Shown here: positions 18,918 to 27,997 of the stretch, in pieces
Layout: the number at the start of each line of letters is the position of its first letter
Numbering within the stretch: position 1 is the first letter of the stretch
Origin: a virus
Taxonomy: Duplodnaviria; Caudoviricetes
DNA: 64,000 bases
Virus record (IMG/VR): IMGVR_UViG_3300031088_000782
Coordinates: 64,001 to 128,000 of that record
Reading direction: 5' to 3' (one strand)
Notes under the pieces: model-generated
Seen by the model: only the letters and a program-made list of their open reading frames with translations
Databases searched by the model: none
What the model was told of the DNA's origin: nothing
Translations under genes and position numbers: made by a program

Positions 18918-20579
18918 ATGGGAAAAAGAAAGAAGACTCTTAAAGAATATAAGGAACAAGGCAAAAGAGCACCTTGGATTCCTTATCTTTACGACAGAAC
19001 TTTCCCATATTTCGTTGTTTTAATGACTCTTTCCGCTGTTGTTGGATCATATCTTTTCATCAAAGAAGGATTTGACAGTTTCAACAGAATGCAAGAAAGC
19101 CCGAAAGCCGTTTCACCCTATCAAAATATTACAGCTTCAAATTCTCCTGGAATGAATTGGGGTAGTAAACTTATTACAGAAAAACCTCCCACAGTATCGA
19201 AGTGGCAAAGCACAGGAACCACTAAACCTCAACATGCAGTGGAACCTAAAAACTGCGCTTACATAAAAGATATTCCCACAAGTCTTTTATCAACATATGT
19301 TTCTTCAGGAAGTGGAGTAGAAACACGAATTCAAGTATATGGAGCAGGTCAAGCAGCAAAAAATTTCAACGCATATATTTCAGCATTGGAAAAGTGCGGA
19401 TCTGTTGAAACAGCTTCAGATGATACTGCTGGAGTTGCCAAATATGACGATAATTTCATCATGACAATTGGTGATTCAATAATTTCAGCAACAACACAGA
19501 ATTCAGAAGATAGAGAAAAAGTACTTAAATTCTATATGAAAGAAGCAGAATCGACTCTTAAAGATTCAGGATGCTTGGCTCTAAATGTTACAAAAGAAGA
19601 TGCAAACAGGAGTTTCTTCTATGATTCAAAATCTTATACAGGATTAAAAGAGTCCAAAAAGCTTGAAACAGATGTCAAAATCGACAATCTTCCCACTCCT
19701 ACCTCCATCAAAAGACTGACTATCAAGAACAAATATGCCAGTGAGCCAGAATCTCCTCTTCCAAAAGATTTTCCAGAACTTCCATCAGAAAAAGAAAAGC
19801 CAAATCTTCCTGATGAAGTAAAGAATGAAACTGCTTTTGAAGGGACCGCTGTCTATAAAATCATGGACGAAAATGGTCCCGGATGTGGATGGAAATGGTC
19901 AGCACAGAACACCCCACAGTATGATGAAAAAGATATGCTTGACAATGAGAAAAGAACAATTGCGGACAAGCAGAAAGAGATCGATGACAAAGCTTCAGCT
20001 TATGTAAACAAAAAACTCGAATGGGCTTTCAGTATTGGACTTACTGCTCCAAAAATTGACGAATGGAATACCTATGTTAATAAAGTTAACAAAGTTCACA
20101 AAAAATGGACATGGCTTGATAATGAAAGAGAAAAACTGAGAACTCCTTGGTATAACTATGTTGATGCTCACAGAGATTGGGAAACTTTCGATGACAGAAA
20201 AGACAAAGCATCAGACCAGTATGACAAAAAACTTGAAGAATGCCAAGCAAAACAAGATGAACTTGATGAATGGGAAGATAAGTGGGGAGACAAAGCCAAA
20301 GAGGACAAAAAGGATAAAGAGAAAAATGACAACGGAAACTCTGATGATGACACAACAGAATCTCCAGAAGATCCAGACAATCCTAACCCAACAGAAGAAC
20401 CGGAGCCAGAGCCAACAGAAACACAGGAACCTCCGAAAGAAAACATTCCTGACAAACCGGAAGGGTGTAGCAATCTCCCCCAAAAGCCTGCTATCATCAG
20501 CCAAGAAAAACCGCTTGAACCGAAAGCACCTAAAATTCCTGAAGGTGTAACAATTCCCGACTCTTGGCCGAAAGTTTAA
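18918..20579 (+). CDS. Membrane-anchored exported protein with Cys pairs and a Pro/Glu-rich C-terminal stalk
   Basis: N-terminal TM, coiled-coil core, PTEEPEPEPTETQEPP region; GGGAG RBS. Confidence 0.75.
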   Translation: MGKRKKTLKEYKEQGKRAPWIPYLYDRTFPYFVVLMTLSAVVGSYLFIKEGFDSFNRMQESPKAVSPYQNITASNSPGMNWGSKLITEKPPTVSKWQSTGTTKPQHAVEPKNCAYIKDIPTSLLSTYVSSGSGVETRIQVYGAGQAAKNFNAYISALEKCGSVETASDDTAGVAKYDDNFIMTIGDSIISATTQNSEDREKVLKFYMKEAESTLKDSGCLALNVTKEDANRSFFYDSKSYTGLKESKKLETDVKIDNLPTPTSIKRLTIKNKYASEPESPLPKDFPELPSEKEKPNLPDEVKNETAFEGTAVYKIMDENGPGCGWKWSAQNTPQYDEKDMLDNEKRTIADKQKEIDDKASAYVNKKLEWAFSIGLTAPKIDEWNTYVNKVNKVHKKWTWLDNEREKLRTPWYNYVDAHRDWETFDDRKDKASDQYDKKLEECQAKQDELDEWEDKWGDKAKEDKKDKEKNDNGNSDDDTTESPEDPDNPNPTEEPEPEPTETQEPPKENIPDKPEGCSNLPQKPAIISQEKPLEPKAPKIPEGVTIPDSWPKV

Positions 20580-20821
20580 TAAAAAGAAACAAAAAGGCTT
20601 AAAAAACTTTCGCTAATTTTTTAAAAAAAAATAATATAGAAAAATGAATAATGCAACATCAATCTTGGTAGAATGGTAGTGACCTTGAAAAATATGAGTT
20701 TTGAAAGAATTGAATATTTTTTAAAAGACTTATAGAAATCAATATGGGTCACGCTCAAAGCCATGAGTAAAAGAAACAAATAAGACAATATAAAAAATAC
20801 GTAAGTAAAGGATGTATAAAA

Positions 20822-21343
20822 ATGGCTTCAGTAATCGCAGAAGTAACAGTAGTAGGACAAGTCGGAAAAGTTTACGAGCTTCGCCGCACAAAAGATGATC
20901 GTGCAAATATTGATTTCAGCGTAGCAGTAACAACACGCAAAAGAGATGATAGCACAGGCAAGTGGGAAGACGGAGACACCACTTGGCACAACATCAAAGC
21001 ATGGGGAAAAATTGCTGAAAATGTTGAAAAATCACTTCGTTCAGGAGACCGAGTAATCGTTAAAGGTTACTACACTCTCCGTAATGAATGGACAAAAGAC
21101 GATGGAACAGTTGTGCCAGCAAGAAACCAGTTCGTAGCAACGCACATCGGAGTTGAAATCGGATTCGATCCTGCTCACTCAGATCGTCAACCAAAAGGTG
21201 GAGGATCTTCATCTTACAACGGCAACGGGAACAATTCAGCATCACAGGAAAAAGCTTCCAAGCCAGAGCCAAAGGCATCTAATAACACAGACAGCCTTGA
21301 TGACCTTGATCTCGACCTTGATCTTGATGATCAGCCATTCTGA
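20822..21343 (+). CDS. ssb: Single-stranded DNA-binding protein
   Basis: OB-fold motifs (VVGQVGK, FSVAVTTR, WHNIKAWGKIAENV, GDRVIVKG) and an acidic tail ending DDQPF. Confidence 0.95.
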   Translation: MASVIAEVTVVGQVGKVYELRRTKDDRANIDFSVAVTTRKRDDSTGKWEDGDTTWHNIKAWGKIAENVEKSLRSGDRVIVKGYYTLRNEWTKDDGTVVPARNQFVATHIGVEIGFDPAHSDRQPKGGGSSSYNGNGNNSASQEKASKPEPKASNNTDSLDDLDLDLDLDDQPF

Positions 21344-21358
21344 AAATAATTGAATAAA

Positions 21359-21402
21359 AATAGTAAAGGCAGCAGTTGTCAAAGATTGCTGCCTTTACTA
21401 TT
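21359..21402 (+). terminator. Terminator-like hairpin
   Basis: aatagtaaaggcagcagt / attgctgcctttactatt, 18-bp stem with one G-U. Confidence 0.85.
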
Positions 21403-21478
21403 GCTTAAAAACTTCGCCAAATCATTCGTCAAAAGTGTTCAAACAATTGGTAAAATAAATGATGAATGAAAAGAAAAT

Positions 21479-21484
21479 GATATT
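21479..21484 (+). promoter_or_regulatory. GATATW candidate promoter motif
   Basis: GATATT 38 nt before GTG 21517. Confidence 0.45.
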
Positions 21485-21516
21485 AGTAAAAAATGATAAT
21501 GACAGGAGTATCAGCT

Positions 21517-22257
21517 GTGGATAACAACAGAAATAACTCATATGAAGAAGAGTCAGGGTTTGATCTTACCGAAGGTGAAGAAATCGGAACTGACAATATT
21601 ATGCGCGACCCCACAGACTATACCGATTATGCTGAAAAAGCGCAAACAAGAAAACTCTGGAAAGTCATCTTCATCTTCCTTGCAGTAGGAATAATAGGAA
21701 TAGCTTTATTGTTCGGAACCTTATCAATAATGGACAATAAAGAAGAACAAAAAGAACCTGAAACAGAACAAAGTCAAAGCCCCCAACAAACCCGACCAGC
21801 CGAAGATTCAACAAATCCAATAGCCGAATTGTCAAAAAGCGCACCAGAAGTAAAAGTATCAGAAAGCAAAGTGACAGCAAAAGGAACAGAATTTAAAACC
21901 ACTGATAAAATAACTCTCAACATTAAAGGCTCCAAACTAAAAGAAACCCAAGTAGAATGCAAAGTCAAAAACGCAACAGATTTTTGTCTCGCCGGATATG
22001 CTGAAGTAAGAGATATAAAAATGAACGTCTACTATCTCAAAGACGCAGCACACTCCAGAATTTTTGAATCAACAGAAAACTTCACACCCCAAAATGTTGA
22101 AGGGGCACTCACAGCTGGATCCATGACTATCAACCTATCGGGACAAACGCCAGTCATCACAGTAGTAGCGAAAAACAGTTCAGGATTCATCATCACACTA
22201 CCAGATGACAAACCAGAAACAATAGACACAATTGTTACATCACTCAAAATTTCATAA
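21517..22257 (+). CDS. Bitopic membrane protein
   Basis: One TM; AGGAG at 21504 favours the in-frame GTG 21517 over ATG 21493. Confidence 0.7.
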   Translation: MDNNRNNSYEEESGFDLTEGEEIGTDNIMRDPTDYTDYAEKAQTRKLWKVIFIFLAVGIIGIALLFGTLSIMDNKEEQKEPETEQSQSPQQTRPAEDSTNPIAELSKSAPEVKVSESKVTAKGTEFKTTDKITLNIKGSKLKETQVECKVKNATDFCLAGYAEVRDIKMNVYYLKDAAHSRIFESTENFTPQNVEGALTAGSMTINLSGQTPVITVVAKNSSGFIITLPDDKPETIDTIVTSLKIS

Positions 22258-22273
22258 CATTTGAAAAATAAAC

Positions 22274-22318
22274 AATAAATCAGCTATCGTTTTTTTATAG
22301 AATGATAGCTGATTTATT
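22274..22318 (+). terminator. Terminator-like hairpin
   Basis: aataaatcagctatcgtt / aatgatagctgatttatt. Confidence 0.8.
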
Positions 22319-22373
22319 CTCCCCCTGACAAATAATTCAAATATATAAAAATAGACATTATTTAATAATTGCA

Positions 22374-22379
22374 GATATT
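22374..22379 (+). promoter_or_regulatory. GATATW candidate promoter motif
   Basis: GATATT 55 nt before ATG 22429. Confidence 0.45.
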
Positions 22380-22428
22380 CGTATATTAGAGAACTTTGAA
22401 AAATATTTAACAAAAGTAAGGAACTTCA

Positions 22429-23853
22429 ATGCAATTAGTCATCATACTTGCCTTAGTCTATGTTATAGCTATGCCAATACTATTTCGTCTGATAGCACTG
22501 CTGCATAAAAAACTCGTTACAGACAGAGCAGCACAAAAAGCAGGGAATAATAAAGCCTTACAAAACAAAGTTCCACAACCAATATGGCGAATATGGAAAG
22601 AAAGAATCAGTTTTACCTTCAAAGACAAAAGAGACGCGAAAATAGGAAAGAAACAACTCAACCTACAAAACAGACAACTCTTTTTTATAATCTGGGGAAT
22701 AGGTCTAGCAGCAGTAGCATTAGGAGCATTCTTAGGGAACTGGAAAATTTATGTGCCATCCTACCTCATCTTCTTCTTCGCAATGGGATATGCAATAACA
22801 GCATCCAAAGACATACTCCAAAAACGAGAAAAAATGTATCGAAGAATGTTTGAAATTGCGCAATCGAAACTCGGAATATCTTCAGAATATTCCGAAAACC
22901 CACAAGCAGTCATCAGAGTATTAGAATGGGCTGACCCACTCAAACCAAACAAAGTTCAATTCGATGTGCCAACAACATTCGGACAAGAAGGCGAAGAAGG
23001 ATTCTTGCGCCAATTTAACCAAGTATTCGGAAACGAGACAGCCTGGGTGCCATTTGATGATGCAGAAAACGGAGTTCCCGGATGGAACTACGAAGAAGGA
23101 ACCGCAACATTCAGGGCTGTCCCGCCTTTGCCAACAATGGCACCGTGGGATGAACATTATGTATTGGGAGAAGGAGTTGCCTGGTCATTCTTTCCGATAG
23201 CCTTGGGCGTAGAGAACGGTGTCTCATTACCAAACCCACAAACAGGCGAAGTAGAGAATGTTTTAGGATTTGATTTATCTGGCGAACAAGTAAAAATTGG
23301 CAAAAAAGCTGGATTAGCAGTTGGGCCAGAGATTACCACTTCCCCAATGTGTTTAACAGGAGATACAAAAGTTGTTTTGGCTGATAACTCTGCAATAACT
23401 TTAAAAGATATGTCTGATTCAAATATTTCAGAATTTTTGGTAAAGAGTAATGAAAATGGAATTATTAAAAACAACATAATGAGAAGTATAATAAAAACAA
23501 GAAGCAATGCTGAAACATTAATTATTGAATTAGATGATGAGGGAATAATTAAGTCTACTTATGATCATTTAATTTATACTGACAAAGGATATGTTAAAGC
23601 TAAAGATTTAAAAACATTTGATAAAGTATTTTGTTTAGATGAAACTTATTCAACAATTATTAATATTAGTAAAGGAGAAGTTGTTGATGTATATGATGGA
23701 GAAGTAGATAAAGCTCATAACTTTTTCATCAAAACGGAGGGGCATTTAGATAATGCAGTCCAGGTTCACAATTGCTTTATCGGCGGGGGAACAGGCGGAG
23801 GAAAAAGTTTATCGGTGGATACACTGGTTGAAATTATCAATAAAGAACAGTAG
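22429..23853 (+). CDS. N-terminal part of an FtsK/SpoIIIE-like (TcpA/TraB-like) membrane ATPase with a cis mini-intein and a 15-aa split-intein N-piece
   Basis: TM segments, then FFPIALG...VLGFDLS...SPM|intein|CFIGGGTGGGK (Walker A) followed by SLSVDTLVEIINKEQ and a stop; Walker B and the rest of the ATPase are absent. Confidence 0.85.
   Translation: MQLVIILALVYVIAMPILFRLIALLHKKLVTDRAAQKAGNNKALQNKVPQPIWRIWKERISFTFKDKRDAKIGKKQLNLQNRQLFFIIWGIGLAAVALGAFLGNWKIYVPSYLIFFFAMGYAITASKDILQKREKMYRRMFEIAQSKLGISSEYSENPQAVIRVLEWADPLKPNKVQFDVPTTFGQEGEEGFLRQFNQVFGNETAWVPFDDAENGVPGWNYEEGTATFRAVPPLPTMAPWDEHYVLGEGVAWSFFPIALGVENGVSLPNPQTGEVENVLGFDLSGEQVKIGKKAGLAVGPEITTSPMCLTGDTKVVLADNSAITLKDMSDSNISEFLVKSNENGIIKNNIMRSIIKTRSNAETLIIELDDEGIIKSTYDHLIYTDKGYVKAKDLKTFDKVFCLDETYSTIINISKGEVVDVYDGEVDKAHNFFIKTEGHLDNAVQVHNCFIGGGTGGGKSLSVDTLVEIINKEQ
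23350..23772 (+). mobile_element. Cis mini-intein (141 aa, class 1, no endonuclease)
   Basis: Block A CLTGDTKV, block B KSTYDH, block F VDVYDGEV...HNF, block G VHN followed by Cys+1. Confidence 0.92.
23806..23850 (+). mobile_element. Ultra-short intein N-piece (15 aa)
   Basis: SLSVDTLVEII after Walker A GK parallels GK|ALSLDTPIPT of the DnaB intein in this window; ends at stop 23851-53 and both other frames also close. Confidence 0.75.
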
Positions 23854-23874
23854 TTTATTCTCCTCTTAAAAGTT

Positions 23875-23883
23875 GATATAATA
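23875..23883 (+). promoter_or_regulatory. GATATAAT motif (also a TGnTATAAT extended -10)
   Basis: 45 nt before ATG 23920; TTGATATAATAAGAT is also found at about 59370. Confidence 0.65.
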
Positions 23884-23919
23884 AGATATAGAAACTTTTA
23901 AATTAAGGAGAAAATAATT

Positions 23920-24891
23920 ATGGCTAAAGAAAAATATTATGGCTTTGACAAAAAATACACCGAAAAAGATGTTTGTGAAGAATATAAAAAAGGAAAATCT
24001 TTAAGTCAAATTTATAAAGACATAGGGGTAGCTCAAGTTACAACTAAAAAAATATTAAATAAACACAATATTCAAGAAAGGCAATTTCAAGTAGAATATA
24101 AAGAAGTAATTAAAGAGCTTGAAAAAGTAAGTATTGGGAAAAATGAGATATATGATTTTTATATTGTTCAAGGAAAATCTCAAAAGTTTCTGAAAGATAT
24201 GATTTTTGAGAAAACATCTATCAAAGTTGGAGACAAGGTTATTAATTCTCTTCTTAAATATTTCGAAATCAAAAAGAGTCCTGAACAAATAAAACGAGCA
24301 CAAGGGAATAAGTCTTTAAGCGAAAAAGCTTATAGTTATTCAATGCTTAAAAAAGCTGGATTTAATTCTACAAAAGAGCTTGCCGATTTTTATACAAATA
24401 ATTCAAATATGACTTATAGCGAAATTTGTGAATTATTGAATAATAAAATAGGAAAAGATGTGTTCACTCCACGTTGGCTTGGTAGGCATATGGCGAAAGA
24501 AATTGCAGAAGAAAATAAGGCTAAATCTTCTGTGTCTGAAAGGAGTTTAATGAAATATGTTGATTCAATTTATTCTGGTGAAATTTTGAAAAACAATTAT
24601 AACATTATCCCTCCAAAAGAATTAGACATTTATATTCCTGAATTTAACATTGCTATTGAATTTAATGGATTGTATTGGCATAGTGATAAGTTTATTGTTG
24701 CTAATCATGATATGACTTCTTATGACTATCATTATCAAAAATGGGAATTATGTAAGGATAAAGGAATTCAGCTTCTTTTCGTTTGGGAAGATGATTGGGA
24801 AGAGGATAAAGAAATTATAAAGAAAGCTCTTCTAGATGCTCTTAGCTTAGACAATAGAATTTTTAACCCTAAACTGTTTAGACTCGAATGA
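23920..24891 (+). CDS. Putative free-standing homing endonuclease, Vsr-like (DUF559/EDxHD-type) nuclease with HTH-like N-terminus
   Basis: ELDIYIPEFNIAIEFNGLYWHS...YHYQKWELC...IQLLFVWEDDW. Confidence 0.75.
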   Translation: MAKEKYYGFDKKYTEKDVCEEYKKGKSLSQIYKDIGVAQVTTKKILNKHNIQERQFQVEYKEVIKELEKVSIGKNEIYDFYIVQGKSQKFLKDMIFEKTSIKVGDKVINSLLKYFEIKKSPEQIKRAQGNKSLSEKAYSYSMLKKAGFNSTKELADFYTNNSNMTYSEICELLNNKIGKDVFTPRWLGRHMAKEIAEENKAKSSVSERSLMKYVDSIYSGEILKNNYNIIPPKELDIYIPEFNIAIEFNGLYWHSDKFIVANHDMTSYDYHYQKWELCKDKGIQLLFVWEDDWEEDKEIIKKALLDALSLDNRIFNPKLFRLE

Positions 24892-24971
24892 CTGACTATT
24901 ACTAAAAAAAAGAATATTGTTAAAATACTATTACTTGTGAAATTAATTTAAACAGTTAAAAAGGATGGATA

Positions 24972-27239
24972 ATGACTATTAATCTTGATAAAGAGATTAT
25001 TGAAATGTATATAGAGACAAAGAGTTTAACAAAAGTTTCGAAACATTTTAAGAGGTCTCCTGCTACTGTGAAAAGAATTTTAAGAAATAACAACGTTGCT
25101 TTAATTCCTCCTCCTTTGACTGTTCGACAAATTAATGAATTATTGGAGAAGAATAATATAACTGTGAGTGAAATTGAAAAACAGTATTCGAATAAAAGTT
25201 CTAAAGAGTTGAGATTGTGGTTGTCTGATAAAGTTGATTATTCTATTAGTCAGTCTATGATTGAAAGATTGCTGAAATTCTTGAGTATAAATAAGCCTTT
25301 TCAAAGTTTAACAACTGTTGTTGATGAGCGTTCTCAAATTTTGTTGAATGAGTGGGATTACACTAAAAACAATTGCGATATATCAGATGTTTCTATTGGT
25401 TCAAGTAAGGACTTTTGGTGGATTTGTTCTTTAGGTCATAATTTTGAAGCGAATGTTTATGATCGTTATTCTTTAGGTTATGATTGTTCTGTTTGTGCCG
25501 GAAAGATTGTTGTTGCTGGTTTTAATGATCTGCTATCAAATAATCCTGTTGTTGCTTCTGAATGGAATTATAAAAAGAACGATGATTTAAGCCCTGATAT
25601 GGTTACTACGGTTTCGGGGAAAAAGGTTTGGTGGGTTTGTAGTAAAGATAATACGCACGAATGGGAAGCTAAAATTTCTGCAAGAACGAATAAAACTACA
25701 TCTACTGGTTGTCCTTATTGCACAAATCAAAGAGTTGTAGTTGGAAAAAATGATCTGCAAACAAATTTTCCTAAAATTGCCGAAGAATGGGATTACGAAA
25801 AGAATAATGAATTAAAATCTAATCAAGTTTTTTCTAATTCTAACAAAGAGATTTGGTGGATAGGTAAGGATTGTGGGCATAGTTGGAAAAGTAGAATTTC
25901 CGATAGAATGCTTAACAGTTATGGATGTCCTTATTGTAGTGGGAAAAGAGTCTTGAAAGGGTTTAATGATCTAAGAACTACTCATGTTGATTTAGTAAAA
26001 GAGTGGGATAACGAATTAAACAATGAAAGTTTTGAAGAATGCTCATCTGGTTCTCATAAAAAAGTATTTTGGAAATGTTTTGAGAACCATTCATGGAGTG
26101 CTTCCATTAAAGATAGGGTTCGTGGGAATAATTGCCCTGTTTGCTCAGGTAGAAAACTTGTTGTTGGAGTTAATGATTTAGCTACTGTTAATCCTGATCT
26201 TGCTCTTGAGTGGGATTATGACAAGAATGGCGATTTAACGCCTCAAAATGTTACTGCTGGTGCTGATCGTAAAATCTGGTGGAAGTGCGAAAAAGAGCAT
26301 TCGTGGATCTCTGGTTTAACTAGCAGAAATTATTATCAAACTTCTTGCCCTATGTGTTCTCATTCTGGTGTTTCAAAAATGGAACAAGATTTTGGCAAAT
26401 ATTTGAAAAAGATCTACTCAGGAAACATTATTCAAAGCGACAGAACGATTTTAATGCCTAAAGAATTGGACTTTTATCTTCCTGCTTTGAATATGGCTTT
26501 TGAGTTTAATGGTCTTTATTGGCACAGTGAAGCTTCTGGCAAAGATAAAAACTACCATTATGATAAGTGGAAGAAATGTCATGATAAAGACATTCAACTG
26601 ATTACTATTTGGGAGGATGACTGGAATTTGAATCGTTCTGTTGTTGAGAAAGTTTTAGCTTATAAATTAGGCGCGTCAGAGGCAGAAAAAATTGGTGCGA
26701 GAAAGACTTATGTTGATTCCGATGTTCCTTTTAAAGATGTTGAGGAATTGTTGAATAATAATCATATTCAGGGTTCTATTTCTGGTTCTGATTATATTGG
26801 GTTGCGTTCTAAGGTTGATGATTCTTTGGTGGCTGTTATAGTACTTAGACGCTCTTTTAAGGCGACCGGAGAGCTTGATGTTGAGATTGTTCGTTATGCT
26901 ACTTCTCAAAGCGTTCAGGGCGGTTTTACTAAGCTTTTGAAACATGTTGCGAAAGAGTTTGATCCTGTGACTGTTTCTACTTTTTCTGATAATGAGATCA
27001 GTGATGGTGGATTGTATGAACGTCATGGGTTTGAAAAGGTTTATGAATTGAAACCGGATTATAAATATATTCATAATGGAGAGCGTAAGCATAAGTTTTT
27101 ATTCCGAAAAGATCGTTTTAGAGTTAATCCTGATTTATTGTTTGAAGATGGCTTAACTGAGAGTGAGCTTGCTGATTTGAATGGGTTATATAGAGTTTAT
27201 GATTCTGGAAAAACAAAATGGGTTTTAACAGAAAAATGA
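24972..27239 (+). CDS. Hef-like putative homing endonuclease: HTH region, 5 zinc-ribbon (DUF4379-like) repeats, Vsr-like nuclease, C-terminal GNAT-like domain
   Basis: Five EW(D/N)xxxN...WxC..H.W...R...CPxC repeats; ELDFYLP...EFNGLYWH; EIVRYATS..VQGGFTKLL...DSGKTKW. Confidence 0.8.
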   Translation: MTINLDKEIIEMYIETKSLTKVSKHFKRSPATVKRILRNNNVALIPPPLTVRQINELLEKNNITVSEIEKQYSNKSSKELRLWLSDKVDYSISQSMIERLLKFLSINKPFQSLTTVVDERSQILLNEWDYTKNNCDISDVSIGSSKDFWWICSLGHNFEANVYDRYSLGYDCSVCAGKIVVAGFNDLLSNNPVVASEWNYKKNDDLSPDMVTTVSGKKVWWVCSKDNTHEWEAKISARTNKTTSTGCPYCTNQRVVVGKNDLQTNFPKIAEEWDYEKNNELKSNQVFSNSNKEIWWIGKDCGHSWKSRISDRMLNSYGCPYCSGKRVLKGFNDLRTTHVDLVKEWDNELNNESFEECSSGSHKKVFWKCFENHSWSASIKDRVRGNNCPVCSGRKLVVGVNDLATVNPDLALEWDYDKNGDLTPQNVTAGADRKIWWKCEKEHSWISGLTSRNYYQTSCPMCSHSGVSKMEQDFGKYLKKIYSGNIIQSDRTILMPKELDFYLPALNMAFEFNGLYWHSEASGKDKNYHYDKWKKCHDKDIQLITIWEDDWNLNRSVVEKVLAYKLGASEAEKIGARKTYVDSDVPFKDVEELLNNNHIQGSISGSDYIGLRSKVDDSLVAVIVLRRSFKATGELDVEIVRYATSQSVQGGFTKLLKHVAKEFDPVTVSTFSDNEISDGGLYERHGFEKVYELKPDYKYIHNGERKHKFLFRKDRFRVNPDLLFEDGLTESELADLNGLYRVYDSGKTKWVLTEK

Positions 27240-27265
27240 CATTATAGAATTATGTTTTAATTTTT

Positions 27266-27997
27266 GTTGAGCCACTTGGATTGTCTAGCACAGGAAATAG
27301 CTCTACAGCTGGAAACATTGCGGCTGGGTTTGTTGATGGATTAATTGGGTTCCCTGTTGTTGAAAAAATTAGTAATTATATTTCTCCTGGTAGCGTTGAT
27401 AATTGTAGTGATGCCTATAAATATAGTGGATATGCTGGTTTTGCAGCTGGATTCATAATACCAGGTGGAGCACTTGTCAAAAGTGTTTCAGTAGCGGGTA
27501 AGATAGGTGTATTAGCTAGTAAAATAGGATCAAAAGTATCTTCTTCAATTAGCAAACGTATTGCTTTAATGAATGAAGATGGCTTTATACTAATAAAATT
27601 TAGTAAAAAAGATTTTGACAGATCTAAAATGAGCGATTTACAAGAAATAAGTAAACTAACGAGAAAAACAACGAATCAAATGAACCGAGAAATAAGAAAA
27701 AATGGTGGTAGTATATCTAATATAACTAGAGTAGACAATCCTAAAGAAATACTTGGACATAAAGAACTGCCACATGTAACATTTAAAAAGTTTAAAGATC
27801 ACGAAGTGGCTTTAAACATAGATGGATCATGGAAACATAATAAAGGAAACTACAAACCTACTAATAAGGAAATTAAATGGCTTAAAAATATGGGTTCTTA
27901 CCACCTGAAAAATAGAAACTTTGGAGACATAAATGAAAATTTTTTTACTAAGTTTTATGGATTTAATGTATGCAATATATTTCATATTAAAGTTTAA
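27266..27997 (+). pseudogene. Orphan RHS C-terminal tip with predicted toxin domain, apparently frameshifted near its 3' end
   Basis: In-frame VEPLGL just upstream of the called TTG (remnant of the DPxGL core end); Gly-rich linker (VDNCSDAYKYSGYAG); His-containing tip (PHVTF...ALNIDGSWKH); adding one A at 27884-88 restores WLKKYGFLPPEK and a stop at 27913-15. Confidence 0.7.

Noticed and set aside
1771-20788. Shared AAATAAGACAA 11-mer upstream of hup (1771) and ssb (20778)
   Set aside because: Only two copies, at different spacing, in AT-rich DNA; compatible with chance.
23806-23920. Frameshift or readthrough continuing the FtsK-like ORF
   Set aside because: Both alternative frames close within about 65 nt, and the next ORF has its own promoter, RBS and unrelated nuclease content.
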